Assembly (NCBI GenBank): GCA_965277405.1
Contig: OZ255726.1
Location: 800,001-864,000 of the forward strand
Length of the DNA: 64,000 bases
Source of the DNA: Gammaproteobacteria bacterium
Lineage (GTDB): Bacteria > Pseudomonadota > Gammaproteobacteria > G965277405
Reading direction: 5' to 3'
The notes under the pieces: generated by a model
Told to the model about the DNA's origin: nothing
The model's input: the letters and a program-made list of their open reading frames with translations, nothing else
The model's database searches: none
Program-made: the position numbers and the translations under genes
Shown here: piece after piece, positions 9,250-17,938 of the stretch
Layout of the letters: every line of letters starts with the position of its first letter
Position numbering within the stretch: the first letter of the stretch is position 1

Positions 9250-9810
9250 ATGTTGTGGAGGAATCAACCAACACATTGGGGGCTTGCTGCTGTATTGATG
9301 CATTGGGTCGTGGCAATTGCTGTGTTTGGCTTGTTTGGCAGCGGGTTGTGGATGACTGATTTGCATCTATATCATGCGTGGTATACACAGGCGCCTTTTC
9401 TTCACAAAAGTTTTGGCTTGGTGTTGTTTGCGGTTGTACTTATCAGGATCCTTTGGCGCTGGCTTGATCGAGCACCCAAGCATCATCCAAACCATGCGCT
9501 GTGGGAGCAACGGCTATCGATGCTTGTCCACACGTTGTTATATGGGTTGTTGTTATTGATGTGTATCAGTGGCTACCTGATATCAACAGCAGCTGGTAGG
9601 TCTATCAGTGTGTTTGGCTGGGTTGAAGCGCCCGCATTAATATCTCATATGGATGGTCAGGCAGACATTGCCGGCGTTATTCATTGGTATGCAGCTTGTA
9701 CGTTGATATCATGTGTAGGGTTGCATGCGGTTGCTGCCATCAAACATCAATTGATTGATAAAGACGGAACGTTGACGCGGATGTTGGGGAGCCAGCATCT
9801 CAACAAATAA
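9250..9810 (+). CDS. Cytochrome b561 (YceJ-like)
   Basis: MHW, LHKSFG, VHTLLY, IHW and LHAVAAIKHQLIDKDGTLTRM heme-ligand motifs; adjacent to yceI. Confidence 0.92.
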   Translation: MLWRNQPTHWGLAAVLMHWVVAIAVFGLFGSGLWMTDLHLYHAWYTQAPFLHKSFGLVLFAVVLIRILWRWLDRAPKHHPNHALWEQRLSMLVHTLLYGLLLLMCISGYLISTAAGRSISVFGWVEAPALISHMDGQADIAGVIHWYAACTLISCVGLHAVAAIKHQLIDKDGTLTRMLGSQHLNK

Positions 9811-9834
9811 TTTTTAGGTAAAGGAGAAAAATAT

Positions 9835-10410
9835 ATGAAAAAAATAATTGTAGCACTCGCTAGTTTAATAACTGTGATCCTAGCAATGTCAGCTGAGGCT
9901 GCCCAGTACAAGATTGATACAAGTAATGCCCATGCATCAATACATTTTAAAATCAAACACCTTGGTTATAGCTGGGTAGTAGGCAGGTTTAATACATTTG
10001 CAGGGACATTTAATTACGATAAAGACAATATTGCCGCCTTTAAAGTGAATGTAACTATCGACACGGCAAGTGTTGATAGCAATCAAGCTACTCGTGATAA
10101 GCATTTGCGTAGCGATGATTTTCTCGCGGTGCAAGCGCAACCAAAATCAACATTTGCGAGTACCTCAATCAACAGTTTGGGTGGTGGTAAATACCAACTA
10201 ACAGGAATGTTGCTGTTGCGCGGTGTTACCAAAGAAATCAGCATAGACATGAATATTGTAGGTGAAGGTAAGGACCCATGGGGTAAATACCGTGTTGGTT
10301 TTCTCGGTACAACTACGTTGACGTTACAAGATTTTGGAATTGACTACAACCTCGGTCCAGCATCCACACAGGTTGATCTAGAGTTGAATATTGAAGGTAT
10401 TGCCCAGTAA
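9835..10410 (+). CDS. yceI: YceI family periplasmic polyisoprenoid-binding protein
   Basis: Signal peptide; YKID..HASIHFKIKHLGYS, RDKHLRSDDF, DPWG motifs. Confidence 0.93.
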   Translation: MKKIIVALASLITVILAMSAEAAQYKIDTSNAHASIHFKIKHLGYSWVVGRFNTFAGTFNYDKDNIAAFKVNVTIDTASVDSNQATRDKHLRSDDFLAVQAQPKSTFASTSINSLGGGKYQLTGMLLLRGVTKEISIDMNIVGEGKDPWGKYRVGFLGTTTLTLQDFGIDYNLGPASTQVDLELNIEGIAQ

Positions 10411-10572
10411 TATTTTCATCATTACACCCGCATCTCCTATACATAGGTATGCGGCTTGTTCGTGGATGTCGTAACCACGCATTACTAGTCTGCTTATCCA
10501 GAAATTCAGATTTTACATGGGTATCATGGATGAACATAAACAACAATTATTGGTCATAAAGTAGATACGAGG

Positions 10573-11871
10573 ATGTGGCAGGAACGACGACGAGCAGAAG
10601 CAGGATATATCCCAAAAACATTTAGCTCTAAGGCGATTGATTGCGGGGCGCAACGCGATCGCGCCAGAATTGTGCATTCAGCCTCGTTTCGCAGACTCCA
10701 AGCAAAAACCCAAGTGTTGGACGTTGGTGAACACGATTTTTATCGTACCAGACTAACACATTCATTAGAAGTGGCGCAGATTGGCTCTGGAGTGTGTGAA
10801 CACCTCCTCGCAAGAAAATGCCAAACAAATGAAGAATACGCTCAGTGGATTCCTTCACTGTGCCAAATAGAAGCAATTTGTCTCTGTCACGATATTGGTC
10901 ATCCGCCATTCGGCCATGGTGGCGAGATTGCACTTAATTATTATATGAAAGACTACGGTGGATTTGAGGGAAATGGACAAACGATACGCATTGCAGCAAA
11001 ACTGGGGGAATATTCGCCAGCGCATGGCCTTGATCTAACCAGACGCAGCATGTTAGGCCTATTAAAATATCCCACCATGCACGCAACAGTTGCCCAGTAT
11101 ACAAACATCTCAAAAAACAATTTAAGTGACGCGAAACCCCCAAAGTGTATTCATGATGATGAACATGAAGTACTGGAATGGATATTACGACCGCTGCACA
11201 TTCAGGAGCGGCAACTATTCAGCACAGTCAACACGCAGAGCAACGGTCATAGTAAGTCGCAATACAAGTCGTTCGACTGCTCTATTATGGAATTAGCCGA
11301 TGATATAGCTTACGGGGTGCATGATTTTGAAGACGCTGTAGCGATGCAATTGGTCACCTACCGGCAATGGACACAAGAAGTCGTGGCACGGTTGAATACC
11401 AATAATTTGCTGTATAAAAACATTGATTTTTTTAACGATGCGTTGTTTTCAGAAAATGACAAGATTCGCAAGCACGCAATCAGTCGTTTAGTTGGTTATT
11501 TTATCACCAATATTGATATTGCAGTTCAACAGCAGTTCACCACACCATTGTTACGCTTGCAAGCGGCGATGGACGCTGATGCGTATGCAACATTATGTTT
11601 GTTGAAAAACTTTATTGTCGCGCATGTCATCAACACACCTGCAGTCCAAGCACAGGAATACAAAGGTCAGCACATGACATTGCGCTTGTTCGAGGTGTTT
11701 GCTGAAAACACAGAATTATTGCCAACATTGATGCTGGAACAATACCGATCAAGCGAGAATGCACCTCGGGTGATTTGTGATTTTATATCAAGTATGACGA
11801 ACTCCAATGCAATTCGTCAATATAAAAAATTGTTCACCCCTGATGTTGGCTCAATTTTCGATAGATTCTAG
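10573..11871 (+). CDS. dgt: Deoxyguanosinetriphosphate triphosphohydrolase (dGTPase, HD domain)
   Basis: DRARIVHSASFRRLQAKTQV, RTRLTHSLEV, HDIGHPPFGHGGE, FEGNGQ, ADDIAYGVHD. Confidence 0.95.
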   Translation: MWQERRRAEAGYIPKTFSSKAIDCGAQRDRARIVHSASFRRLQAKTQVLDVGEHDFYRTRLTHSLEVAQIGSGVCEHLLARKCQTNEEYAQWIPSLCQIEAICLCHDIGHPPFGHGGEIALNYYMKDYGGFEGNGQTIRIAAKLGEYSPAHGLDLTRRSMLGLLKYPTMHATVAQYTNISKNNLSDAKPPKCIHDDEHEVLEWILRPLHIQERQLFSTVNTQSNGHSKSQYKSFDCSIMELADDIAYGVHDFEDAVAMQLVTYRQWTQEVVARLNTNNLLYKNIDFFNDALFSENDKIRKHAISRLVGYFITNIDIAVQQQFTTPLLRLQAAMDADAYATLCLLKNFIVAHVINTPAVQAQEYKGQHMTLRLFEVFAENTELLPTLMLEQYRSSENAPRVICDFISSMTNSNAIRQYKKLFTPDVGSIFDRF

Positions 11872-11966
11872 CTGCAAAGTGCTGTTCTCACCGCAGCGCA
11901 CAGACGGGAAATCATCGGTTATGGATCAACACGCAGCAGTGGCTCGATCGCGTTACTGGCGGCTTA
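11585..11966 (+). repeat. About 380-bp direct repeat, copy A (dgt 3' end plus downstream sequence)
   Basis: Aligns with 13866-14248. Confidence 0.95.
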
Positions 11967-11968
11967 CT

Positions 11969-12272
11969 GGAACCTCTGATTAACTCGCCTGATGGCACGA
12001 TTTTGCCGGCAATTGCTGATGATTGCAAAGAGCAAACCGCGCACATTCCGCTGGCGCATGCCTTAGCATATACGCCAAGGGATGCAACACAGCAAGCGTA
12101 TGCAATTGCCGCAAACCATCATATATTCCCAACAAAAGGACAGAAAAAAAGCGCTACTAACGTAGCTGCAGCACTTGGCAATCCCCACAAGAGTATTATC
12201 TGCGCACTTCGCTTAAGTTTCATCGAGCGTGTTTTCTCCGTCTCGCCCATCGTGGACTTAATCAGAGGTTCC
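11969..12272 (+). mobile_element. MITE copy 1 (IS5-type TIRs)
   Basis: GGAACCTCTGATTAAC ... CTTAATCAGAGGTTCC; internal sequence is shared with the other six copies. Confidence 0.9.
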
Positions 12273-12588
12273 CTAACTGGTTCCATGGAATAACAGCCGC
12301 TAATTTCTCAAGAAATATTTCTCTACGGCTTTTGCGTGGCTTATCTGCGTATGCCAACGCTGCAAACGTCATTTGCTGCATATCAATTTTCAAAAACAAT
12401 AGTTAAAACATTCTGACAGATTAGTCGGATTTTTTGGGGGGGGTCAGAGATGCCTTAAGGTATTGATGCCTTGATTATATTAGCTGTCGACACTCAATCG
12501 GTGATACCTGCAGTTGCAAGCAACAGTTGATGAAGTAATCCCAGTTACTGGTTATGCCAGATTGATTGAAGATATCAAAGTATTTTAT

Positions 12589-12617
12589 TTGACTTTCGAC
12601 AATGAAGAAGGTATAAT
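12589..12617 (+). promoter_or_regulatory. Near-consensus sigma70 promoter of adhP
   Basis: TTGACT (12589-12594), 17-nt spacer, TATAAT (12612-12617); RBS AGGGGA before the ATG at 12666. Confidence 0.7.
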
Positions 12618-12665
12618 ATTATCTGAGTAAGTTATTATTTAAAAAATATTTACTAGGGGAGTATT

Positions 12666-13697
12666 ATGACGAAAATGATGAAAGCGGCGGTCGTACACAA
12701 GTTCGGTGATCCTTTGCGGATTGAGGACGCACCTATACCAGAGCCAGGCGAAGGTTTTATTCAGGTTAAAATTGAGGCTTGCGGCGTCTGCCATACCGAT
12801 CTTCACGCGGTGGAAGGCGATTGGCCGGTCAGGCCCAGCCCACCCTTCATTCCAGGACACGAAGGGGTCGGCTATGTCTCCGGCATAGGTAAGGGCGTAA
12901 CCCATGTCAAGGAAGGTGACCGGGTCGGCGTGCCGTGGCTTCACTCTGCCTGCGGTCGTTGCGAACACTGCATGGACGGCTGGGAGACCCTTTGTGAGTC
13001 GCAACAGAACACTGGATATTCCGTTAACGGAGGCTTTGCCGAATACGCCATCGCCGACCCAGACTATGTTGGCCATCTGCCGGATAATGTGAGTTTTACC
13101 GAAATAGCGCCGATCGTGTGCGCGGGAGTCACCGTCTACAAGGGGCTGAAGGCAACGGACACCAAGCCCGGCGACTGGGTCGTCATTTCTGGAATCGGCG
13201 GTCTCGGCCACATGGCAGTGCAATATGCAAAGGCCATGGGACTGCATGTCGCTGCGGTTGATATAGACGACAGTAAGCTGACGCTGGCCAAACGGCTCGG
13301 CGCGACCGTCACCGTCAACGCGACCAAGACCGATCCGGTCGAATACCTGCAGCAGAAAATCACCGGTGGCGCCCATGCAGCGCTCGTCACCGCCGTCTCA
13401 CCCAAGGCCTTCGAGCAGGCGCTGGGCACTGTCCGGCGCGGCGGCACGGTGACTCTCAACGGCCTGCCGCCAGGGGATTTCCCCCTACCGATTTTCGACA
13501 TGGTGCTGCGCGGCATCACCGTGCGCGGCTCGATCGTCGGCACACGGCTCGACCTCGCCAATGCGCTAGCCTTTGCGGGTGAAGGACTGGTCAAGGCGAC
13601 AAGATCGACGGTGTCGCTCGACGACATTAACGGTGTCTTCACGCGAATGCGTGAAGGCGACATCGAAGGACGAGTCGTGCTCGATTTCGCCAATTAA
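12666..13697 (+). CDS. adhP: Zinc-dependent alcohol dehydrogenase AdhP
   Basis: [44 protein letters not shown]; visibly GC-richer than the host genes. Confidence 0.95.
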   Translation: MTKMMKAAVVHKFGDPLRIEDAPIPEPGEGFIQVKIEACGVCHTDLHAVEGDWPVRPSPPFIPGHEGVGYVSGIGKGVTHVKEGDRVGVPWLHSACGRCEHCMDGWETLCESQQNTGYSVNGGFAEYAIADPDYVGHLPDNVSFTEIAPIVCAGVTVYKGLKATDTKPGDWVVISGIGGLGHMAVQYAKAMGLHVAAVDIDDSKLTLAKRLGATVTVNATKTDPVEYLQQKITGGAHAALVTAVSPKAFEQALGTVRRGGTVTLNGLPPGDFPLPIFDMVLRGITVRGSIVGTRLDLANALAFAGEGLVKATRSTVSLDDINGVFTRMREGDIEGRVVLDFAN

Positions 13698-13865
13698 AGG
13701 ACCGGCTGAAAAAGCATTTCCGCCGAGCGCGCCGAGTGTCGGGTTTGGCGGCGTTCATCCCAGAACGGAAGGCTTGTACCCATGACCGAAACCAACGCCT
13801 GCTGTGAGTGGATTGATTACCATTGTCCGTGCCGATCATCCTGTTCACTGGTCGGGCGGCTGCAG

Positions 13866-14248
13866 ATGCAACATTATGTTTGTTGAAAAACTTTATTGTG
13901 GCGCATGTCATCAACACACCTGCAGTCCAAGCACAGGAATACAAAGGTCAGCACATGACATTGCGCTTGTTCGAGGTGTTTGCTGAAAACACAGAATTAT
14001 TGCCAACATTGATGCTGGAACAATACCGAGCAAGCGAGAATGCATCTCGGGTGATTTGTGATTTTATATCAAGTATGACGAACTCCAATGCAATTCGTCA
14101 ATATAAAAAATTGTTCACCCCTGATGTTGGCTCAATTTTCGATAGATTCTAGCTGCAAAGTGCTACTCTCACCGCAGCGTACAGGACGGCAAATCATCGG
14201 TTATGATCACCACGCAGCAGTGGCTCAATCGTGTTACTAGGCGGCTTA
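13866..14248 (+). pseudogene. Duplicated 3' fragment of dgt (direct repeat copy B)
   Basis: Encodes ATLCLLKNF...GSIFDRF, nearly identical to the dgt C-terminus; lacks the HD motifs. Confidence 0.92.
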
Positions 14249-14426
14249 TGTATTGTTGTGGGCGGTAATTTATTGCAATAACAATTACTTCAATATAGTT
14301 CATTGCAATCGTAACCGCAATAACCGATAATAATACAACTAAACACATAGTTTAAACTCATAGTTGCATAATAATAACTATGTTTTGTTATTTAAATTAT
14401 AGTCGTCAAAATTAGGGGGAATACGC

Positions 14427-16121
14427 ATGTTACATAATCTTAAGAAGGAACATATCGTCGCCAGTGATGATTACAACCGCTGGAAAGTACCACCAGCATC
14501 TATCGCCATCCATCTGTGTATTGGATCTGTATATGCTTGGTCGATTTTTAATCCAGCGCTTATTAAAGAATTTGGTGTTGTCGCAGCAAGCTCTGGCGAT
14601 TGGGGTTTGCAGTCCGTTGTCTGGATTTTCTCAGTAGCAATTGTATTTCTTGGTCTCGCCGCGGCATTTGGCGGCAAATGGCTTGAAGAAGTAGGTCCAC
14701 GGATGGTTGGTGTTGTAGCCGCATGCTGCTGGGGCGGTGGTTTTATTATTGGTGGAATTGGAATAGCTAGCCATCAATTATGGCTGGTGTATCTTGGCTA
14801 TGGTGTGCTTGGTGGAGCTGGTCTTGGGCTTGGCTATGTGTCCCCAGTATCAACACTGATTCGCTGGTTTCCTGACCGTCGCGGCATGGCCACGGGCATG
14901 GCAATTATGGGGTTTGGTGGTGGCGCTATGATCGCAACACCCATTAAAGAGTCACTACTTGCGCTGTTTTATACGGTACCTAAGTATTTAGGACCTGAAA
15001 GCGCATTAAACCTTGTAACTGAAGGTGGCAAACGCATGGCTGAAGTTGGCGGTCAAATGGTTGAGGTAGTTGTAGCGGGAGCAGCACAAGTTGCCGCAGC
15101 ACCTGCACCAATTGAAGCTGGCGTATATGTTGCTGGGACGGGTAATACAGGTGCCGCAGCAACATTTTTTACCCTTGGTGGTATTTATTTTGTCGTGATG
15201 ATGATTGCCGCTTTTTCGTATCGTGTCCCACGTGATGGCTGGATTCCAGCAGGTTGGACACCACCTACTGCTGATGATGCCAGCAAACGGATGATTACCC
15301 ATAAGAATATTCACATTGACCAAGCCCTTAAAACACCCCAGTTCTACTTATTGTGGATTGTTTTGTGTTTCAATGTAACGGCAGGTATCGGGGTGATTGG
15401 TGTTGCTAAAACGATGATGACTGAGATTTTCGGTAGCACATTACCATTGATCGTTAACTCGGGATTTGCAGCTACATATGTGTTTATGATTTCAGTGTTT
15501 AATATGTGTGGTCGTTTTTTTTGGGCGTCTATTTCTGATTTCATTGGCAGAAAAAACACCTATCACTGTTTTTTCATCTTGGGTATTGTTCTATATTTAT
15601 CTATTCCATATGCGGCAGGACAAGTCAGTGCCAATCCAGTGGTAGCATGGCTCGTTATGTTCTATGCCGCAACAATGATTATCTTCACTATGTATGGCGG
15701 TGGTTTTGCGACTATTCCTGCATATCTGGCAGACATCTTTGGTACGAAATTTGTTGGTGGAATTCATGGACGGCTGTTGACGGCATGGAGCACCGCAGGA
15801 GTGCTTGGTCCGCTGGCGATTACCCAATTAAGACAAACATCAGTTGCTCAATCAATACAAGCATTGGCAGAAAAAATTGACCCAGCACGATTTCAAGTGA
15901 AGTTTGGTGCTGGCCTAGACCAGCTTGATCAGTTGGTTGCGGCTAAAACTGTTACCATCGGCCGTTTGTTGGAGATTGCTCCAGCAGGAACCGTTGACCC
16001 AACACCAAGCCTGTACAATACAACCATGTACGCAATGGCAGGATTACTGGTGATAGCACTAATCGCAAACTTTATGGTGAAATCAGCCCATGAGAAGCAC
16101 TATATGGAAAGCCGTTCATAG
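14427..16121 (+). CDS. MFS transporter, OFA (oxalate:formate antiporter) family
   Basis: IHLCIGSVYAWS, RWFPDRRGMATGMAIMGFGGGA, YGGGFATIPAYLADIFG, IHGRLLTAWS. Confidence 0.92.
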   Translation: MLHNLKKEHIVASDDYNRWKVPPASIAIHLCIGSVYAWSIFNPALIKEFGVVAASSGDWGLQSVVWIFSVAIVFLGLAAAFGGKWLEEVGPRMVGVVAACCWGGGFIIGGIGIASHQLWLVYLGYGVLGGAGLGLGYVSPVSTLIRWFPDRRGMATGMAIMGFGGGAMIATPIKESLLALFYTVPKYLGPESALNLVTEGGKRMAEVGGQMVEVVVAGAAQVAAAPAPIEAGVYVAGTGNTGAAATFFTLGGIYFVVMMIAAFSYRVPRDGWIPAGWTPPTADDASKRMITHKNIHIDQALKTPQFYLLWIVLCFNVTAGIGVIGVAKTMMTEIFGSTLPLIVNSGFAATYVFMISVFNMCGRFFWASISDFIGRKNTYHCFFILGIVLYLSIPYAAGQVSANPVVAWLVMFYAATMIIFTMYGGGFATIPAYLADIFGTKFVGGIHGRLLTAWSTAGVLGPLAITQLRQTSVAQSIQALAEKIDPARFQVKFGAGLDQLDQLVAAKTVTIGRLLEIAPAGTVDPTPSLYNTTMYAMAGLLVIALIANFMVKSAHEKHYMESRS

Positions 16122-16146
16122 CAAATAAGCTGCGATCAGCACCGGC

Positions 16147-16322
16147 TAAGTGTCAAAACTACACACGTTGTTTACAAAAACCATCAATTCTAGCAGCTGG
16201 TGGTAGTTTCCCTAAAGCGGAATGTGTGCGTCTGAGGTTATAGTGGTTAAGATATTTTGGAAGAACTTTGTTGCGCTCATCACTTGTTTGATATGGCTGC
16301 GAAAATGCCCATTCCTTGCTAA
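16147..16322 (-). pseudogene. IS481-family transposase 3' remnant, truncated at a MITE
   Basis: EWAFSQPY..R...L..YL.HYN.RR.HSALG..PPAAR and a terminal VNNVCSFDT*, typical of IS481 C-termini. Confidence 0.75.
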
Positions 16323-16628
16323 GGAATCTTTGATTAACTCGCTGATGCAGCGAGTTTGATGGCAATTGCTGATGATTGCAAGGCGCATTCCGCTAAGCGC
16401 ATGCCATAGCATATACGCCAAGGGATGCAACACAGCAAGCTCAACAATTACCGCAAACCCAAAGTATATTCAAGACAACGAAGGGAAAAACGCTGCGCTG
16501 CGGCGTGGCAGCACTTGGTTAATACCCACCAGACCCACAAGACCCACCAGTGTGATCTGCGCACTGCGCTTAAGTTTCATCAGCGTTTTTTCTCGGTCTC
16601 GCCCATCGTGACATTAATCAGAGCTTTC
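16323..16628 (+). mobile_element. MITE copy 2
   Basis: TIRs GGAATCTTTGATTAAC / ATTAATCAGAGCTTTC; CTAA on both sides. Confidence 0.9.
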
Positions 16629-16677
16629 CTAACACATAATTATAGGACAATTTGCTGAATTTTTAGCGCGCTTATTT

Positions 16678-17133
16678 TTACTCAATGTCTTTTTGCTGAT
16701 GATCTTTGATAGTTTGCAAGACTGTTGCCGCGTGTTCTTTCACTTTAACAGTCCGCCATTCTTTAATCAGTGCTCCATTTGTATCAAATACAAAAGTTGA
16801 CCGATCAACACCAATATATTCACGGCCGTAGTTTTTCTTAACCTTTAAGACATCAAATGCTTTACACATTGTTTCGTCCGTATCCGCAAGCAATGAATAC
16901 GGCAGATTTTCTTTTTCTTTGAATTTAATATGTGACGCAACACTATCGCGAGACACTCCTAGAATATCTGTGTTCAAGCCTTGAAAGGATGTATATAGAT
17001 TACGAAAATCTTGGCTTTCTTGGGTGCAGCCAGGTGTCATATCTTTTGGGTAAAAATAGATGACCAGATAGCGACCAGCAAAATCGGCCAAGTTCACTAG
17101 AACATTTTTTTCTGATAATACTGAAAAATTCAT
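16678..17133 (-). CDS. bcp: Peroxiredoxin (BCP type)
   Basis: YFYPKDMTPGCTQE, GVSRDSVASH..F, RSTFVFD. Confidence 0.93.
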   Translation of the reverse strand: MNFSVLSEKNVLVNLADFAGRYLVIYFYPKDMTPGCTQESQDFRNLYTSFQGLNTDILGVSRDSVASHIKFKEKENLPYSLLADTDETMCKAFDVLKVKKNYGREYIGVDRSTFVFDTNGALIKEWRTVKVKEHAATVLQTIKDHQQKDIE

Positions 17134-17134
17134 A

Positions 17135-17920
17135 TTATTTACGATGTCCTCCGCGCGGTTTTGGATAATTTAGACTGCGATAACTAAAATCAACAGATGA
17201 TTGATTGTGCGCAGGTGGTTCATCAATGCTGTTGCCTGGGTTTGGGCCTTCGTCAAGTTCATCGTACTGAGCCATTGGTGTGGTCCCATCACTTAGCATA
17301 GGTTGTGGTTGTTCCTTGGTGGCTGCTTTATTTTTTGCAGTATTTTTATTCGTGGTTTTTCGCGGCTTATTGTTAGCACGAGGCTGGCCGCTGCCTTGTT
17401 TATCGGTCTTCTCTTCAGCATCATTGCTTTTACCAGCAGTATCGCTTAGCTCTTTTGCTTCTTTCTTCTTGGATACTGGTTTACTACTTGTTACTAATAC
17501 ATTGTACGCTTGTTCGCCACGTTTTCCTGTCCCAAGTACAAATGAAACTGTATCGTTTTCGCGTGGGCGGACGCTTTCTTTTTCTACTCCATGGGAGTGA
17601 AAGAAAATTTCACGACCCTCATGCATCACAAATCCATAGCGTTTACGCCCATCATACCATTTAATGGTTCCTGCTACGTTGGCGCCAGTAATTTTTGGTT
17701 GAGGAGTAACATCTTTGTTTACTCGTCGCGGATGGATACGTTTATTCCCTCGCAGGGAAAAGAAAACGTATAGTGCAATGAAAACCACAAGTGTATTTAA
17801 AACACCTGCAGCAAAGGGATTTGTCTGTAATGCAGCTATAAATAAACTTGAAACCCCAACAACAACGCCGCTACTGATTGATATTACTATGCTCTGTACG
17901 AGCTTTTTGCCATAAAACAT
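17135..17920 (-). CDS. Membrane-anchored cold-shock-domain protein
   Basis: Two N-terminal hydrophobic helices; CSD motifs GTIKWYDGRKRYGFV and EIFFHSH; low-complexity C-terminal tail. Confidence 0.8.
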   Translation of the reverse strand: MFYGKKLVQSIVISISSGVVVGVSSLFIAALQTNPFAAGVLNTLVVFIALYVFFSLRGNKRIHPRRVNKDVTPQPKITGANVAGTIKWYDGRKRYGFVMHEGREIFFHSHGVEKESVRPRENDTVSFVLGTGKRGEQAYNVLVTSSKPVSKKKEAKELSDTAGKSNDAEEKTDKQGSGQPRANNKPRKTTNKNTAKNKAATKEQPQPMLSDGTTPMAQYDELDEGPNPGNSIDEPPAHNQSSVDFSYRSLNYPKPRGGHRK

Positions 17921-17938
17921 AACTGTCTTTCCTAAAAA

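Noticed and set aside
12003-12293. ORFs inside or across MITEs (12003, 16366, 20146, 20183, 47319, 50260 and others)
   Set aside because: Frames and stops are not conserved between copies, so they are treated as spurious.
12639-13693. Long antisense ORFs over adhP, and likewise 46577-47306 over mmsB
   Set aside because: These are shadow frames of GC-rich dehydrogenase genes with no motifs of their own.
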